Virus record (IMG/VR): IMGVR_UViG_3300013307_000020
Location: 1,377 to 65,376 of that record
Source: a virus
Taxonomy: Duplodnaviria > Caudoviricetes
DNA: 64,000 bases
Reading direction: 5' to 3' (one strand)
Shown in pieces: positions 18,496-28,331 of this stretch. Each line of letters starts with the position of its first letter. The first letter of the stretch is position 1. The notes under the pieces were generated by a model that had not been told where the DNA came from, searched no databases, and worked only from the letters and a program-made list of their open reading frames with translations. The position numbers and the translations under genes were made by a program.

Positions 18496-18832
18496 CTTTA
18501 TCTCCGGTGCCGTTTTTGAACCACGGAAGAAAACGCAGAAAGCTCATGGGACGTTCCGCAAACTTCATGCCGAGATTCACGATCCCGGTGCAGACTTGCA
18601 ATGCCAGAAGCCCGATCACGAAGCCGCCTGGGCCGTCCATTTGCGGATCCGCCGAAACGATTCGCGTCAAGGGGATCGTGAAATAGTACGAGCAAGCCAT
18701 CGCACATGAGGCGACTCCAATTGCGATGCGCCAATCGAGCCTGCCATAGATCATTAAACGAATGACGGCACCGACGCCGGCACCCTCAAGACCAACGGCC
18801 TTCTCTGGCGAAATCACGTTATGAAATTCCAC
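18485..18832 (-). CDS. putative holin
   Basis: Three hydrophobic segments, GFVIGL, charged C-terminus. Confidence 0.55.
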   Translation of the reverse strand: MEFHNVISPEKAVGLEGAGVGAVIRLMIYGRLDWRIAIGVASCAMACSYYFTIPLTRIVSADPQMDGPGGFVIGLLALQVCTGIVNLGMKFAERPMSFLRFLPWFKNGTGDKDGD

Positions 18833-18865
18833 CGCGGCACCTTTCCAGTGATTTTTCTGTGATCG

Positions 18866-19213
18866 CTATTTTTTCTCGAAGCAACTGCGCACGAGAGGCT
18901 CCAGAATTTCGAGCCTGGCCGCCCGCAACTGATTGGCCGCAAGCACCAATTGTCCTTTCTCGAAAAGCGTCGGCGCGGCCGCGATCGCCGCCTTGGTGTC
19001 GGGGTAGACTTGCTCGCTGAGATCGATATCGGTCTTGCACTTCACCGGCACTTCGACGTTGACGGTCTTGATGACAATCTCGGGCTCGATGGCCTTGCGA
19101 ACGGAACTGCATCCCGCCAGAAGAATGATCAGTGTCGCGCCGAGCGCCAGAACCACGCAGGTGGCGACGATGGTGTTGACGATTTTGTCGGTACGCGTGT
19201 TGTGCATCGTCAT
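18866..19213 (-). CDS. putative outer-membrane spanin (Rz1-like lipoprotein)
   Basis: LLAGC lipobox, VEVPVKC, C-terminal Cys. Confidence 0.7.
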   Translation of the reverse strand: MTMHNTRTDKIVNTIVATCVVLALGATLIILLAGCSSVRKAIEPEIVIKTVNVEVPVKCKTDIDLSEQVYPDTKAAIAAAPTLFEKGQLVLAANQLRAARLEILEPLVRSCFEKK

Positions 19214-19494
19214 TGAAGTTCGTTCCTTCTGCCGCTCATGTGTTCAACGATCCACGCCGAAACGCCTTCCTCGCTCGACTCGCGAATTGCGCCCCACGCC
19301 ATCGTCACTTTCAAAATCTTGTCATCCATCACAACTGCAAACGTCACGTCCGGCTTGCCGCTCGCACATGACGCGGCGAGTCTGCCCGACGGATCGAGAA
19401 TGGTTGCCTCGCCGCGCTCGGCCGCTTTCAGATGTTTCGCGATCTGATCGGCCTGTTGTTTGAGAACCGCGGCGGGCGACTGACTCGTGGTCAC
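19210..19494 (-). CDS. hypothetical soluble protein between the spanin genes
   Basis: 4-nt overlaps on both sides. Confidence 0.55.
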   Translation of the reverse strand: MTTSQSPAAVLKQQADQIAKHLKAAERGEATILDPSGRLAASCASGKPDVTFAVVMDDKILKVTMAWGAIRESSEEGVSAWIVEHMSGRRNELQ

Positions 19495-19928
19495 TTGTAG
19501 GCGCCCGTCAAAAGATCATCCAGCGACTTGCAAGCGTCGCCGCCGCGCTTCGCGCTGAGCGTGCCGGCGGCTTGCTTGCGCAGCGCGTCGGCCAGCGGGC
19601 CAGCGACGGCGAGCGCGGCCGCGAGACGGGCTTCGGCTTCATCCTGGCGCTTGCGGGCGTCGGCGATCGAGCCGTTGGCCGTGTCGAGCCCCTTCTGAAG
19701 CGTGGCGACGTTGAGCTTCGCAACGTCGAGACGATGAATGTATCCGGTATCGGGATTGTTGATGGAGTCGCTCAGCGTAGAGACCTGCTCCTTGAGGCCG
19801 CCGCCGATGATCGGCACACCGTGGATCTCGATGGCTTCAAGACCGGCCCAGAGCCCGAGACCGACGGCCGCGGCACCGACGACGGGCAATGCCAGCTTTG
19901 AGGCGAGAAAGGCCGGAATGAACGCCAT
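19491..19928 (-). CDS. putative inner-membrane spanin (Rz-like)
   Basis: N-terminal TM, Ala-rich coiled coil, C-terminal Cys. Confidence 0.65.
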   Translation of the reverse strand: MAFIPAFLASKLALPVVGAAAVGLGLWAGLEAIEIHGVPIIGGGLKEQVSTLSDSINNPDTGYIHRLDVAKLNVATLQKGLDTANGSIADARKRQDEAEARLAAALAVAGPLADALRKQAAGTLSAKRGGDACKSLDDLLTGAYK

Positions 19929-20272
19929 CACTGATCTCCACTTTTGGCGGCGACGCGAAGATCGTGCCCGCCGCGAATCATCGTCCCAAATACTCCGCTG
20001 ATCAGGACGCCGCACAAGGTCGCCACCGTGTCCGCCAAATCCTTAACGCGGGCCACGATGGACGCCCCCCAGTCGAGCGCGCCCTTGGCCGCCGGAGGCC
20101 ACAGGACGCCCACCAGCGCCACGAAAAGGAAGGCGACCAAGATGCCGACGAATGCGCCCAACGCCACCCGCTCGAAGCGTGTGCGCAGATCGTGGCTGCT
20201 TAGGATGTTATCGAGAAACGAGCCCACGCCACCGAGCGGCGATGGCGCCGCCGGGGCTCCCGAATCGCTCAT
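19928..20272 (-). CDS. membrane protein, holin/antiholin candidate
   Basis: Two TM segments, downstream of endolysin. Confidence 0.5.
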   Translation of the reverse strand: MSDSGAPAAPSPLGGVGSFLDNILSSHDLRTRFERVALGAFVGILVAFLFVALVGVLWPPAAKGALDWGASIVARVKDLADTVATLCGVLISGVFGTMIRGGHDLRVAAKSGDQ

Positions 20273-20279
20273 TGCCGGA

Positions 20280-20483
20280 TCAGAAGAAGTGAAGCATGAG
20301 ACGCATGATCGCCGCGCCGGCGATTGCCGCCCCGGCTTGCGCCCAGATCGGGTGCTTCTGCGCCCATGACGATTCCCCAACGAGCCAGGTGTGAAACTGA
20401 GCCTGCGCCGATGGTTCGGTTTTCATGTAAAACGCTTTGAGATCGGCGAGTGCGCTTTCGGCGCGTTGCGTCAAATCGGTCAT
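20280..20483 (-). CDS. small protein with C-terminal TM
   Basis: AAGGAA RBS; HPIWAQAGAAIAGAAI. Confidence 0.5.
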   Translation of the reverse strand: MTDLTQRAESALADLKAFYMKTEPSAQAQFHTWLVGESSWAQKHPIWAQAGAAIAGAAIMRLMLHFF

Positions 20484-20499
20484 CCCAAAATTCCTTCTA

Positions 20500-21072
20500 T
20501 CAGTGACCATCCACGCTCCAGTGCGGCAGATCGCTCAGAAGCTTCAGACATCCGAAGGTCTTGCCTATGGCGACCAGATTGGGATCGAGCGCGTTCCCAT
20601 CCCGCTTGAACACATACGCCTTGCCCTCGGCGTCGTTCATCGATTGCCCCTCGCGGATCAGAACGTGAAGATCCATTGCGAGCCGCTTCGTGTGATTGCT
20701 TTCGAGCGCGGCCGGGAAAACGATGCCGTAGTCCGTGCGCATCTTTATCGCCGCGCTACGCGCCGCGCCGAGATCGCCGCCGCACGTCCAATCGATATCG
20801 ACGCCCTTCATCGGCGGCACCTTGTCGGGCGAGATTTGCGTGAACGCTCCCGACACTTTGTCCCGATATCCCGCGATGGCGCAGCACCAGTGCATCAGAT
20901 AGGCCCGTTGCAGCGGACGATAGGTTGCGGTGATCACATGCTCGATTTTCCCACCAGTCAGCGACGCGACGAAATTCTTAGCCGACGTTTTGAAGGGGTC
21001 GACGAGATCGTCGAGCGATTGACTGCCAGGAAAGCGGGGCGGCCAGACTGGGCCAGCGGGTTCGAGCATCAT
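20500..21072 (-). CDS. endolysin, peptidase M15-like
   Basis: TYRP, SNH..LAMD, D.PHWS zinc-peptidase motifs; heads the lysis cassette. Confidence 0.75.
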   Translation of the reverse strand: MMLEPAGPVWPPRFPGSQSLDDLVDPFKTSAKNFVASLTGGKIEHVITATYRPLQRAYLMHWCCAIAGYRDKVSGAFTQISPDKVPPMKGVDIDWTCGGDLGAARSAAIKMRTDYGIVFPAALESNHTKRLAMDLHVLIREGQSMNDAEGKAYVFKRDGNALDPNLVAIGKTFGCLKLLSDLPHWSVDGH

Positions 21073-21080
21073 GATTCTCC

Positions 21081-21578
21081 CTATGTTACGATTCTAACCC
21101 GTTCGACTGGTAGCAACGCCACCATCAATCCCTCGCACGATTTTTCAAATAGAAGCTTGGCTTGCGTCGGGTGCTTATCAACGCGCGGACGCCCAGACCT
21201 ACCCCACGCGCCGCCGCCACGCTCACCAAGATTGCGCCAACCAGCCGCCGTCAGCGAAGTTCCAGGCTCCGATGCTAGAATATAGGTTCCGATTCTGTGG
21301 AAGCCGAGTGCAAATGCAGCTCGGGCACAAGCGCCATACAGGAACGAGCAAGCATCCTTGGTTCCATCGGTGCAGAGGCGCGTCACCTCCAGAGTCATGC
21401 CATCGTCCCGCATCCGAGCAACGGGCCTACCGACAATCGCCACGCCGACAATCTTCCCGTTGAGTACAGCGGCAAGGGAGAAGCGAGCGCCGACGACAGG
21501 CTTGTGATGGCGGTGGTGCTGCGCGACAAACGCATTCGCCTCCGACAACTCAATCCTGACGTGCTGCATCTTCGCCAC
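21081..21578 (-). CDS. XF1762-family Mom-like GNAT protein
   Basis: ANAFVAQHHRHH, GVAIVGRPVAR, EVTRLC, CSFLYGA, E.GTSL.AAGW. Confidence 0.8.
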   Translation of the reverse strand: MAKMQHVRIELSEANAFVAQHHRHHKPVVGARFSLAAVLNGKIVGVAIVGRPVARMRDDGMTLEVTRLCTDGTKDACSFLYGACARAAFALGFHRIGTYILASEPGTSLTAAGWRNLGERGGGAWGRSGRPRVDKHPTQAKLLFEKSCEGLMVALLPVERVRIVT

Positions 21579-21797
21579 TTTGGCTCCTCTAAGTCGCTTT
21601 CTCAAACATCTTCGATAGGTCGGCAGCGGCGTCAGTGCGACCGGCTTGATAGGCAGCGTGGACGACCTTCATCATTTCACAGTTCTTTGTGGTGCATGGT
21701 GAGCGATCTGGGCTGCGGATCATTATGCATCCGAGAGTCATCGCATCGCAGGATGCGTAGGCGGATTTGAGCAATTTTGCGTCCACGTCCCGGCTCC

Positions 21798-22022
21798 TCA
21801 AAATTGCGTTACAGTTTCGCGTCCTTTTGCTGTGAGCCGCCACGTTCCCTGACAGTGACCGCGCATCACAAGCCCCTTGCGGCGAAGATGCACAGCCAGC
21901 GCCGCGCCAGCCGATGCATATTCTGACTTTCGTTCTGGGTACACCGTCCGACAAATTCCAATCGATGAGGCGTCCATCTGCACGCTGATGTATTTCAAGG
22001 CGGCAATCTCGGCAGGCGTCAC
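21798..22022 (-). CDS. small winged-helix-like protein
   Basis: LRRKGLV..WRLTAKGR; AAGGGAG RBS. Confidence 0.5.
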   Translation of the reverse strand: MTPAEIAALKYISVQMDASSIGICRTVYPERKSEYASAGAALAVHLRRKGLVMRGHCQGTWRLTAKGRETVTQF

Positions 22023-22034
22023 GGATTCGCTCCC

Positions 22035-22562
22035 TTATTGAACGTATGCGTCGCCATACACATAAATGTCCGCCGTTGCCGTCACGCCCTGCGGCGTGCT
22101 GAGCGAGAAGTAAAGCGGAGTCTGCGCCGCGAGAATCGTGCCGCTGGCGACCGCCAACGTCAACTCCACCGCGGTCAATGCATTCGTCAAACCGGAATAA
22201 ACTTGTGTGTTCGCGACGATGGTCGTGCCGGTCTTGCCTGCGCCGGTGTAGAGACCGCCGACCGCCGTTCCCATCCCGTTGACCGAGGTATTGCAGACGA
22301 CGATTCGCTTGACGCGCCACTTTGTGATCATCGCGGCGCTCATGATCTGATCGGCCGTCGTATTGAAGTTGGCGCCGAGCAAACGGAAAAGAAGATCCGT
22401 GGGGGGCGGCGATAGAACGATGCAGCCGGTCGCCTGCAACGCGGTCACGTCGGCCGGGATCGGGACGTTGCCGATGATGCCGTTCGCGTCGGATTGATAT
22501 TGATTGCCGGTAGGGGCGGAGGTGTAGGTCGAAGATTTGATCGGCGCCAGCATGGCGGTCAT
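22035..22562 (-). CDS. Thr/Ala-rich putative virion protein
   Basis: Beta-rich composition ending ADIYVYG. Confidence 0.55.
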   Translation of the reverse strand: MTAMLAPIKSSTYTSAPTGNQYQSDANGIIGNVPIPADVTALQATGCIVLSPPPTDLLFRLLGANFNTTADQIMSAAMITKWRVKRIVVCNTSVNGMGTAVGGLYTGAGKTGTTIVANTQVYSGLTNALTAVELTLAVASGTILAAQTPLYFSLSTPQGVTATADIYVYGDAYVQ

Positions 22563-22888
22563 GATGCAGTCCTTTCCAATTCCGGTTGTGGCGCGAGAAC
22601 GAGAAATTCAATGTCAGGCGATCGCTCCATGCGATAGCCGATGGCGAAGGTGTTCAGAATCTTGCAATTCCTCTGACCATCGAAAATTTTGCGCGCATGA
22701 AAGATGGCGAGATGAACACACGGCTTGCTGGCACGAAGACGCGCGCCAAATTGTTCATAGCTCACGGTTTCGCCGCGCGCGCGATAGAGGATCTCGATGC
22801 ATGAAACGACGCGCGGGCCGGGATAAAAGTAAACGCCGTCGATCTCGATATGCGGCCGCCCTGCGTTGATGACGATTTTTTTCGCCAT
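22559..22888 (-). CDS. stand-alone OmpR-type winged-helix protein
   Basis: RGETVSYEQF..AIFHARK..ILNTFAIGYRM. Confidence 0.55.
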   Translation of the reverse strand: MAKKIVINAGRPHIEIDGVYFYPGPRVVSCIEILYRARGETVSYEQFGARLRASKPCVHLAIFHARKIFDGQRNCKILNTFAIGYRMERSPDIEFLVLAPQPELERTAS

Positions 22889-22898
22889 TTCTTTTTTC

Positions 22899-23738
22899 TC
22901 AGGTTTGCATCTGCCAGAAGAAGGGCGGCACGCCGGTCGGGACCGGCGTGGTTGTCGCGAGCCCGACGATGCGCCCGCCCGAGCGATAGATATCCCACGG
23001 TCTCGCCGCGCGTTGCGCGATCTCGAACGGACTGAGAACCGTTCCGTGATAGGCATTGAAGAAGTAGAAGGGCCAATCGCCGGAATTCGATCCGGTATCA
23101 TCAAAACAGTTGACGTGAAGATTGAAGACGCCGGCGGAGGTCGTATTGGTGAACCATCCGGCTTCGAAGACGCCATTGATCCACGAAAACCAATTGTTTG
23201 CGCCGCCGGAATTTCCGGTGGTCGTGATGATGACGTGGGTGGGAATGTTTCTCGTCAGTGACCCTGCCGCTATGGGCTGGGAAAACGCGAACGAAGAAAA
23301 CCACGTAATGAAATTCGGCTGCGTCAAATTCGAATTGACTTCAATGTCCCACCCGCCACCAGCTTCGCCGGCGTGAATGCCCGCGAGATCGATGCCGCGG
23401 TCGAACGTCACCACGCCGCTATTGTTGCCGGAGAAATAAAATTCGAGCGAACATGGCAACGTGAGATCACCCCAACGCGCATTGTTCCCGCTCGGCGGTG
23501 TTGGGAAGCGAAGCCCTCTCGACGAGCTGCCCGACGTGGCTCGGCCACCAGCTCGATCTTCGATGAGAGGCGGCGAGCCGCAAACAATCGCCTGTTGACC
23601 GCTGACGATATCGACCGCGTTAAGACCATAGTGCGCCGCGACGCCGCCTGTGATCTTGCGCGCGATGGGGTGCGTGTAGTCCAGCCCAGCCTGAAAGCCC
23701 GGCTGCCGCGCAAAGTGATTGCGGATCATTCCGCGCAT
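22899..23738 (-). CDS. LamG/ConA-like virion accessory protein (paralog of 37929-39332)
   Basis: LDYTHPIAR N-terminus, HVIIT..WINGV, LSPFEI..PWDIY. Confidence 0.55.
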   Translation of the reverse strand: MRGMIRNHFARQPGFQAGLDYTHPIARKITGGVAAHYGLNAVDIVSGQQAIVCGSPPLIEDRAGGRATSGSSSRGLRFPTPPSGNNARWGDLTLPCSLEFYFSGNNSGVVTFDRGIDLAGIHAGEAGGGWDIEVNSNLTQPNFITWFSSFAFSQPIAAGSLTRNIPTHVIITTTGNSGGANNWFSWINGVFEAGWFTNTTSAGVFNLHVNCFDDTGSNSGDWPFYFFNAYHGTVLSPFEIAQRAARPWDIYRSGGRIVGLATTTPVPTGVPPFFWQMQT

Positions 23739-23741
23739 TGA

Positions 23742-24260
23742 TCAGACAATCGAAAGATGCAGCGGACGATAGGCGATGATCGGAGACGCGCCGATTGCCG
23801 CCCCCGTGTAATTGATCAAGAACAATGACCAGCCATCCGGCGAGATCGTAGCGATGGCGTCGGCCAGATTGAATTGGCCGGAGAGAGTCATGTTCTGCGT
23901 CACATAGTTCAATTGCAGAGCAAGATGCGCGTTCAATCCGTTCGCGGATCGCGTCGCGGCGGCGTCGATGCCGGTGAATGCTGTGGTCGTGCCGAGATCC
24001 GCGCCAGGCACCCATGCAGAGCCGTTCCACATCCACGGGATCGCATAAAGATAAACCGCCTTGTCGTTCGCCGCGGCGGTATTCGCCATCGGCAATTTCA
24101 CATTGATTTCATAATCGAGCGCGACTTCGGTGCCGCCGCCCGGCCCGTTGTCGACAATCGCGGACTCCCATCCGGCCGTCTGGCTGCTCGCCATGTTTGA
24201 AAGCGCGGTGACGGCGAGCGTCGCGCGCGTTCCATATTTGGTGTTGATTGTCGAAGCCAT
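23742..24260 (-). CDS. virion accessory protein (paralog of 39342-39833)
   Basis: VDN, PDGWSLFLINYTGAA. Confidence 0.55.
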   Translation of the reverse strand: MASTINTKYGTRATLAVTALSNMASSQTAGWESAIVDNGPGGGTEVALDYEINVKLPMANTAAANDKAVYLYAIPWMWNGSAWVPGADLGTTTAFTGIDAAATRSANGLNAHLALQLNYVTQNMTLSGQFNLADAIATISPDGWSLFLINYTGAAIGASPIIAYRPLHLSIV

Positions 24261-26926
24261 TAAACGGTCCTCGTGCCGAAGATTGCGTAACCGACGCCGC
24301 TGATCGTGGGATCAACGGTCGACGGGCATGTGCCGATGAAGAAGTCCGCATCGCTGAAAGCGAGGCTGCTGCCGGAGAAGCCGCTGAAGCTTCCGGTCGT
24401 GGCGGCCGCATTGATTGTCGCCGTTCCAACCGTCGTGCCGTTTTTCTTGAAGGTGATCGTCCAGTTATTCGTCGGCGCGACTTCGCATTGAATGAACGCC
24501 TTCGTCGGAGCGCCGCTGGTGATCGGGATGACGTCACCCGTCGCCATCGGCGGGTTGAACAATTCTTCGCTCGATGCGGGCGCGCGACCTGGCGTGCCGC
24601 CCGAAAGACGCAGCGAACCCGAAACGGATCCGGCGGACGTGGTGCTGACTCCCGCGGTGGGGAAACTGAAGCCAACCAAATTCCCTGCCGCGATGAAATA
24701 GGTGTACGGCTGACCGGCCACGGCGGAACTGTCGATGTAGCTCGTCGCGCCAGCGCCAGCTTGTCCGATTTGCGTCGCGCTGCCGAATAATGCGCCGGTG
24801 CCGTTCGCGCGATAGATCAAATAGCCGAGCACATTGTCTGTTGACGGGTTTGGATTCCACGAGAGCGTGTTCGCGCCGGTGCCAGTCGAAACCGCGAGAC
24901 CCGTGGGCGTGGTCGGGAACCCACTCGGCGGCGTGCCGCCGCCTGTGCCGCCACCAAAGCCGTTGCCGGTGGTCGTGTAGGTGTAATCGGTGACTGTCGA
25001 AATGTCCTGATAGCCGAATCCGAAAATGTTGAAGCTGACGAATTTGATGTGAATCGTCGCCCCGACATATTGCGGCGGCAGCGGATAGCGCAGCATCGAG
25101 CCGTTGGCGCCGGTGAGATCGAGAAGCGTGAAGACCTGACCAGTCGCGTGACTTGCGGCCGCGGTGCCATAGAGCGCGCGACGAAGATAGGTGAGATTGT
25201 TCGAATATGTGCCGGTCGGCGTGACCGTGCCATACGCGACGAGCTCGCCTGTCGCGGGGACGACGCCGGCGATCGGCGCGGCGGAGATATAGGAGAGCGT
25301 GCGAAACGCGTCCGCGTCCGCATGAGTGACCGGCGCGAGAATGCCCTGACTCGAAGTGAGATCGACCGAGAGCGTATTTGTGGTGTCTGGATCGGCATGA
25401 CTCGCCAACGTTGCCGTCAGAAGACCCTGCTTCGCGGCATTGTTGATCGTGCCGATTTTCGAGTAGGTCGTGCCATCGAGCGAAATGTAAACGTCCGCGC
25501 CACCCCAATTCGGGCCGCCCGAAACCGAAGTCCAGATTTGCGCCGGCGACGCGAGATTGGAATTCGGTTCGAAGATGCATGGCGGGTTCACGTCGCCCGG
25601 ATCCACGAGCATGTCGATTGGCACGTTGCTTGGCGCCTGCTGCGTGGATGAACGGAAGATGCCGATGGTGCCGGGATATTCCTCGGCGATAACGGCGAGA
25701 TTGCCCTGATCGTCTTCCTCAATCGTCTTCACGCGCACGGGCAATTTATTGAGCACCGAAATGAACGGATGCGTCAACGTGACGAGATCGCCCGGCTCTA
25801 GCCGAACGAAGCGATTGATCAGCGTGAAGTCGTATTCATTGCGCAGATAGGCCGCACGCTTGCCGATGAGCGTTGCCGCGATCAGTCCGATGCCAGCATC
25901 GGTGATTTCGCTGGCCTGAATGGTGCCATTATCGCGTCGACCATAGCGGTCAACCAGCGTCTGATCCTTATATTCGATGGGGTTCGAATTGTACTGAAGC
26001 GTGGCATCGTTGATCGTGACGATGGTTCGATTGTAGGCATCTGCGGGATCGATGCGCTGAATTCTGATCGGCACGCCGTCGCCGCTATCGACAAAATCAT
26101 CGACCGTCAAATCGTATTGGATCGTGGTGACTGGCGTGTATGTGGCGCTGTTTGCCGCCAGCGGTTCGTCGCCGAGGGGGACAAACTTGATGACGTTGCC
26201 GCTCCAGAAAATCCACGAATTCGAAAGCTGCGCCCAGCGATCAATCGTCTCGCTCGCGATCTCCTGATTGTTCAAGATCGGGGAGAAGAAAAGCCCTTGC
26301 GCCTGCGTGTAGCTCTTGAAAAAGGTGTTCGACGTGGCGTCGATGTTGGTCATCGATAGCCCGCAGCCATAGCGCGAGTTCGTGAGAAAATCTGGAATGA
26401 TATCGGCCATATTGGCGCTCGGCGTGCCGGGCATCGAGCCCGACAAATTCATTACCGCCTCGAAGCCCATCGAGGGAATCGTCGCCGATGAACCGAGATC
26501 CAGCTTTGGCGAGAAAAGATAAGCCGTGTTCGCATAGCTCAACGCCTGCGCCGGATATTTTGTCGTGATGAAGGACTCCGGCGTCTGAAGCGCCGTGCCT
26601 GTCACCAACGAAAGATTGAGCTTCGCTAGTGTCGTGACGGTGTTTTGATTGATGTAGACATTCGGGATCGACGAGATGATGCCTTCGCCAAGCCCCAGGA
26701 TCACCGCCGCCGTGTACGTGTAGCCGCCGGAGCCTTTGCCGCCGCCCTTGCCGCCCGACTGCTTGTGCTTTTGAAAGTCATTATACCAAAGAGCGTTGAA
26801 CGAGATGCGATTCTTCCCCCAACCGAACGGGATCGGGAGATTGTAGGCGCTCGTTTGGATTTGAATGCCGGTGTAGATCGGCGTCTTCGTCTTCGAGCCG
26901 CCGCCACCGAACAAGAGTGTGGTCAT
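24260..26926 (-). CDS. central tail tip / host-specificity protein with FN3-like domain
   Basis: QTSAYNLPIP, GGKGG, LEPGDLVTL, WGGADVYISLDG, LRRALYGT; follows NlpC. Confidence 0.85.
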   Translation of the reverse strand: MTTLLFGGGGSKTKTPIYTGIQIQTSAYNLPIPFGWGKNRISFNALWYNDFQKHKQSGGKGGGKGSGGYTYTAAVILGLGEGIISSIPNVYINQNTVTTLAKLNLSLVTGTALQTPESFITTKYPAQALSYANTAYLFSPKLDLGSSATIPSMGFEAVMNLSGSMPGTPSANMADIIPDFLTNSRYGCGLSMTNIDATSNTFFKSYTQAQGLFFSPILNNQEIASETIDRWAQLSNSWIFWSGNVIKFVPLGDEPLAANSATYTPVTTIQYDLTVDDFVDSGDGVPIRIQRIDPADAYNRTIVTINDATLQYNSNPIEYKDQTLVDRYGRRDNGTIQASEITDAGIGLIAATLIGKRAAYLRNEYDFTLINRFVRLEPGDLVTLTHPFISVLNKLPVRVKTIEEDDQGNLAVIAEEYPGTIGIFRSSTQQAPSNVPIDMLVDPGDVNPPCIFEPNSNLASPAQIWTSVSGGPNWGGADVYISLDGTTYSKIGTINNAAKQGLLTATLASHADPDTTNTLSVDLTSSQGILAPVTHADADAFRTLSYISAAPIAGVVPATGELVAYGTVTPTGTYSNNLTYLRRALYGTAAASHATGQVFTLLDLTGANGSMLRYPLPPQYVGATIHIKFVSFNIFGFGYQDISTVTDYTYTTTGNGFGGGTGGGTPPSGFPTTPTGLAVSTGTGANTLSWNPNPSTDNVLGYLIYRANGTGALFGSATQIGQAGAGATSYIDSSAVAGQPYTYFIAAGNLVGFSFPTAGVSTTSAGSVSGSLRLSGGTPGRAPASSEELFNPPMATGDVIPITSGAPTKAFIQCEVAPTNNWTITFKKNGTTVGTATINAAATTGSFSGFSGSSLAFSDADFFIGTCPSTVDPTISGVGYAIFGTRTV

Positions 26927-27471
26927 CGACCAACCTCGAAGAAAAGAAGCGGACGCGGCGTGCGCCCATCATTCAGAAAAGCAAGACGCGAATCCGTCAT
27001 GCGCGTCAGATGGCAAAGCTGCGACTCGTAATAGGAATGAACGATCTCGCCGTTGCCGATGTAAATCGCGCCATGACTGAAACAGCGCCCGAATTGATAA
27101 ACGAGACAATCGCCGATGCGCGGCTTTTCAACGCGAACGCCGGCGAGCTTCACTTCGATCCATTCGAGAAAGCGTTGCTCGGAATGATGCATGTGCCATT
27201 GCGGCGGATAGGGGCGCGGATCGAATGGTTGCAGCTTGCCGGAATCGACATAGCTTCGGACGAGAAGCATTGCGCAATCGACGCCGCCATTCGGCCCTTT
27301 GATATCCGTGCAATCGCGAAACGGGGTGCCAATCCAGGACATGGCCTCATTGACGATGCGCACGCGCTCCCACGCCTCGCGCTCGCTGGCGAAGATTTCA
27401 ATATCTTCGACGCCTGCCGGTGTCTTCGCGATGATCGCGTTTTTATGAGCCTGAATGTCGCGTTGATTCAT
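26923..27471 (-). CDS. NlpC/P60 tail-associated peptidase
   Basis: WIGTPF, GVDCAML, SHGAI, IVHS. Confidence 0.85.
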   Translation of the reverse strand: MNQRDIQAHKNAIIAKTPAGVEDIEIFASEREAWERVRIVNEAMSWIGTPFRDCTDIKGPNGGVDCAMLLVRSYVDSGKLQPFDPRPYPPQWHMHHSEQRFLEWIEVKLAGVRVEKPRIGDCLVYQFGRCFSHGAIYIGNGEIVHSYYESQLCHLTRMTDSRLAFLNDGRTPRPLLFFEVGR

Positions 27472-28331
27472 ATCGCGGTCGTCGCCGGTGGAATGAACGG
27501 GAAGCCGCGCCAGTTTTGAATGTTGCCGCGCGCGGTGCAGATCGTCTGCGTCTTGTCGCAACCCTGAAATGCGTCGAACGTGTCGCCGGGCGATGGCGCT
27601 TGTGCGAGCGGGTAGACCAGCGACACGCCTGTCGCGTCCGCGAACATGATCGTTCGCTCCTCGCCGGCGGAAGGTCCGCTCGTCATCGTCAACGTGCCGA
27701 GTTGAAAGAGCGCGGGCGTGCCTGGCGCCGACGTCCAAGGAACAAAGCTGCGCGTCGGCGATGCGCCGACCGTGAAGGAGCTCGTGAAGCTCGCGCGAAG
27801 AAGCGTGCAGCCGCTATCGCAAAACGCGTGAATGCACCCGACTTGCCACACATTGCGCGGCGCATATTGACCGAGCTTGTTGTTGGCGCCCCTGACCGTG
27901 AATGTGATCTTCGATCCCTCGAGATCCACGGTGGACACTTCGCCCCCGAAAATCAGGATCGAACCAAGGCTCGTGTCAGTTGGCGTCGCCGAAGGCATAT
28001 AGAGGCGATTCATCGTGATCGTCGCGCCATCGAACATGCCGTTATGAACGAGCGACATGAGATCGATCGAGCCGTTGAAGGCCGATGCGCCCGCGCGAAG
28101 AATGATCTCCAGCTCAGGGATCTCCATCGTGTTCTTCACGCTCCATTTCGAGCGCGACATGAATGGCGATTGCGAAACGTAGGTGTTCCCGTTCCACGTC
28201 AGATCGCGATCATAGGTCGTCCAGAAGAATGTCGTGGAGTCGACCAGCACAACATCATAAACGTCGGCCGACTGAAGCCGGACGCTGCCATCGGCGAGAA
28301 TTGCGGCGAGCATCGGATCGCAGGCGCGCAT
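27468..28331 (-). CDS. DUF2163 / BR0599-like tail hub protein
   Basis: C..CDSGC, GDTF..GCDK..C..N.RGFPFIP. Confidence 0.85.
   Translation of the reverse strand: MRACDPMLAAILADGSVRLQSADVYDVVLVDSTTFFWTTYDRDLTWNGNTYVSQSPFMSRSKWSVKNTMEIPELEIILRAGASAFNGSIDLMSLVHNGMFDGATITMNRLYMPSATPTDTSLGSILIFGGEVSTVDLEGSKITFTVRGANNKLGQYAPRNVWQVGCIHAFCDSGCTLLRASFTSSFTVGASPTRSFVPWTSAPGTPALFQLGTLTMTSGPSAGEERTIMFADATGVSLVYPLAQAPSPGDTFDAFQGCDKTQTICTARGNIQNWRGFPFIPPATTAI

Noticed and set aside
24260-28331. Gene transfer agent cluster
   Set aside because: GTA-like tail genes sit within a full phage with its own replication, recombination and lysis genes
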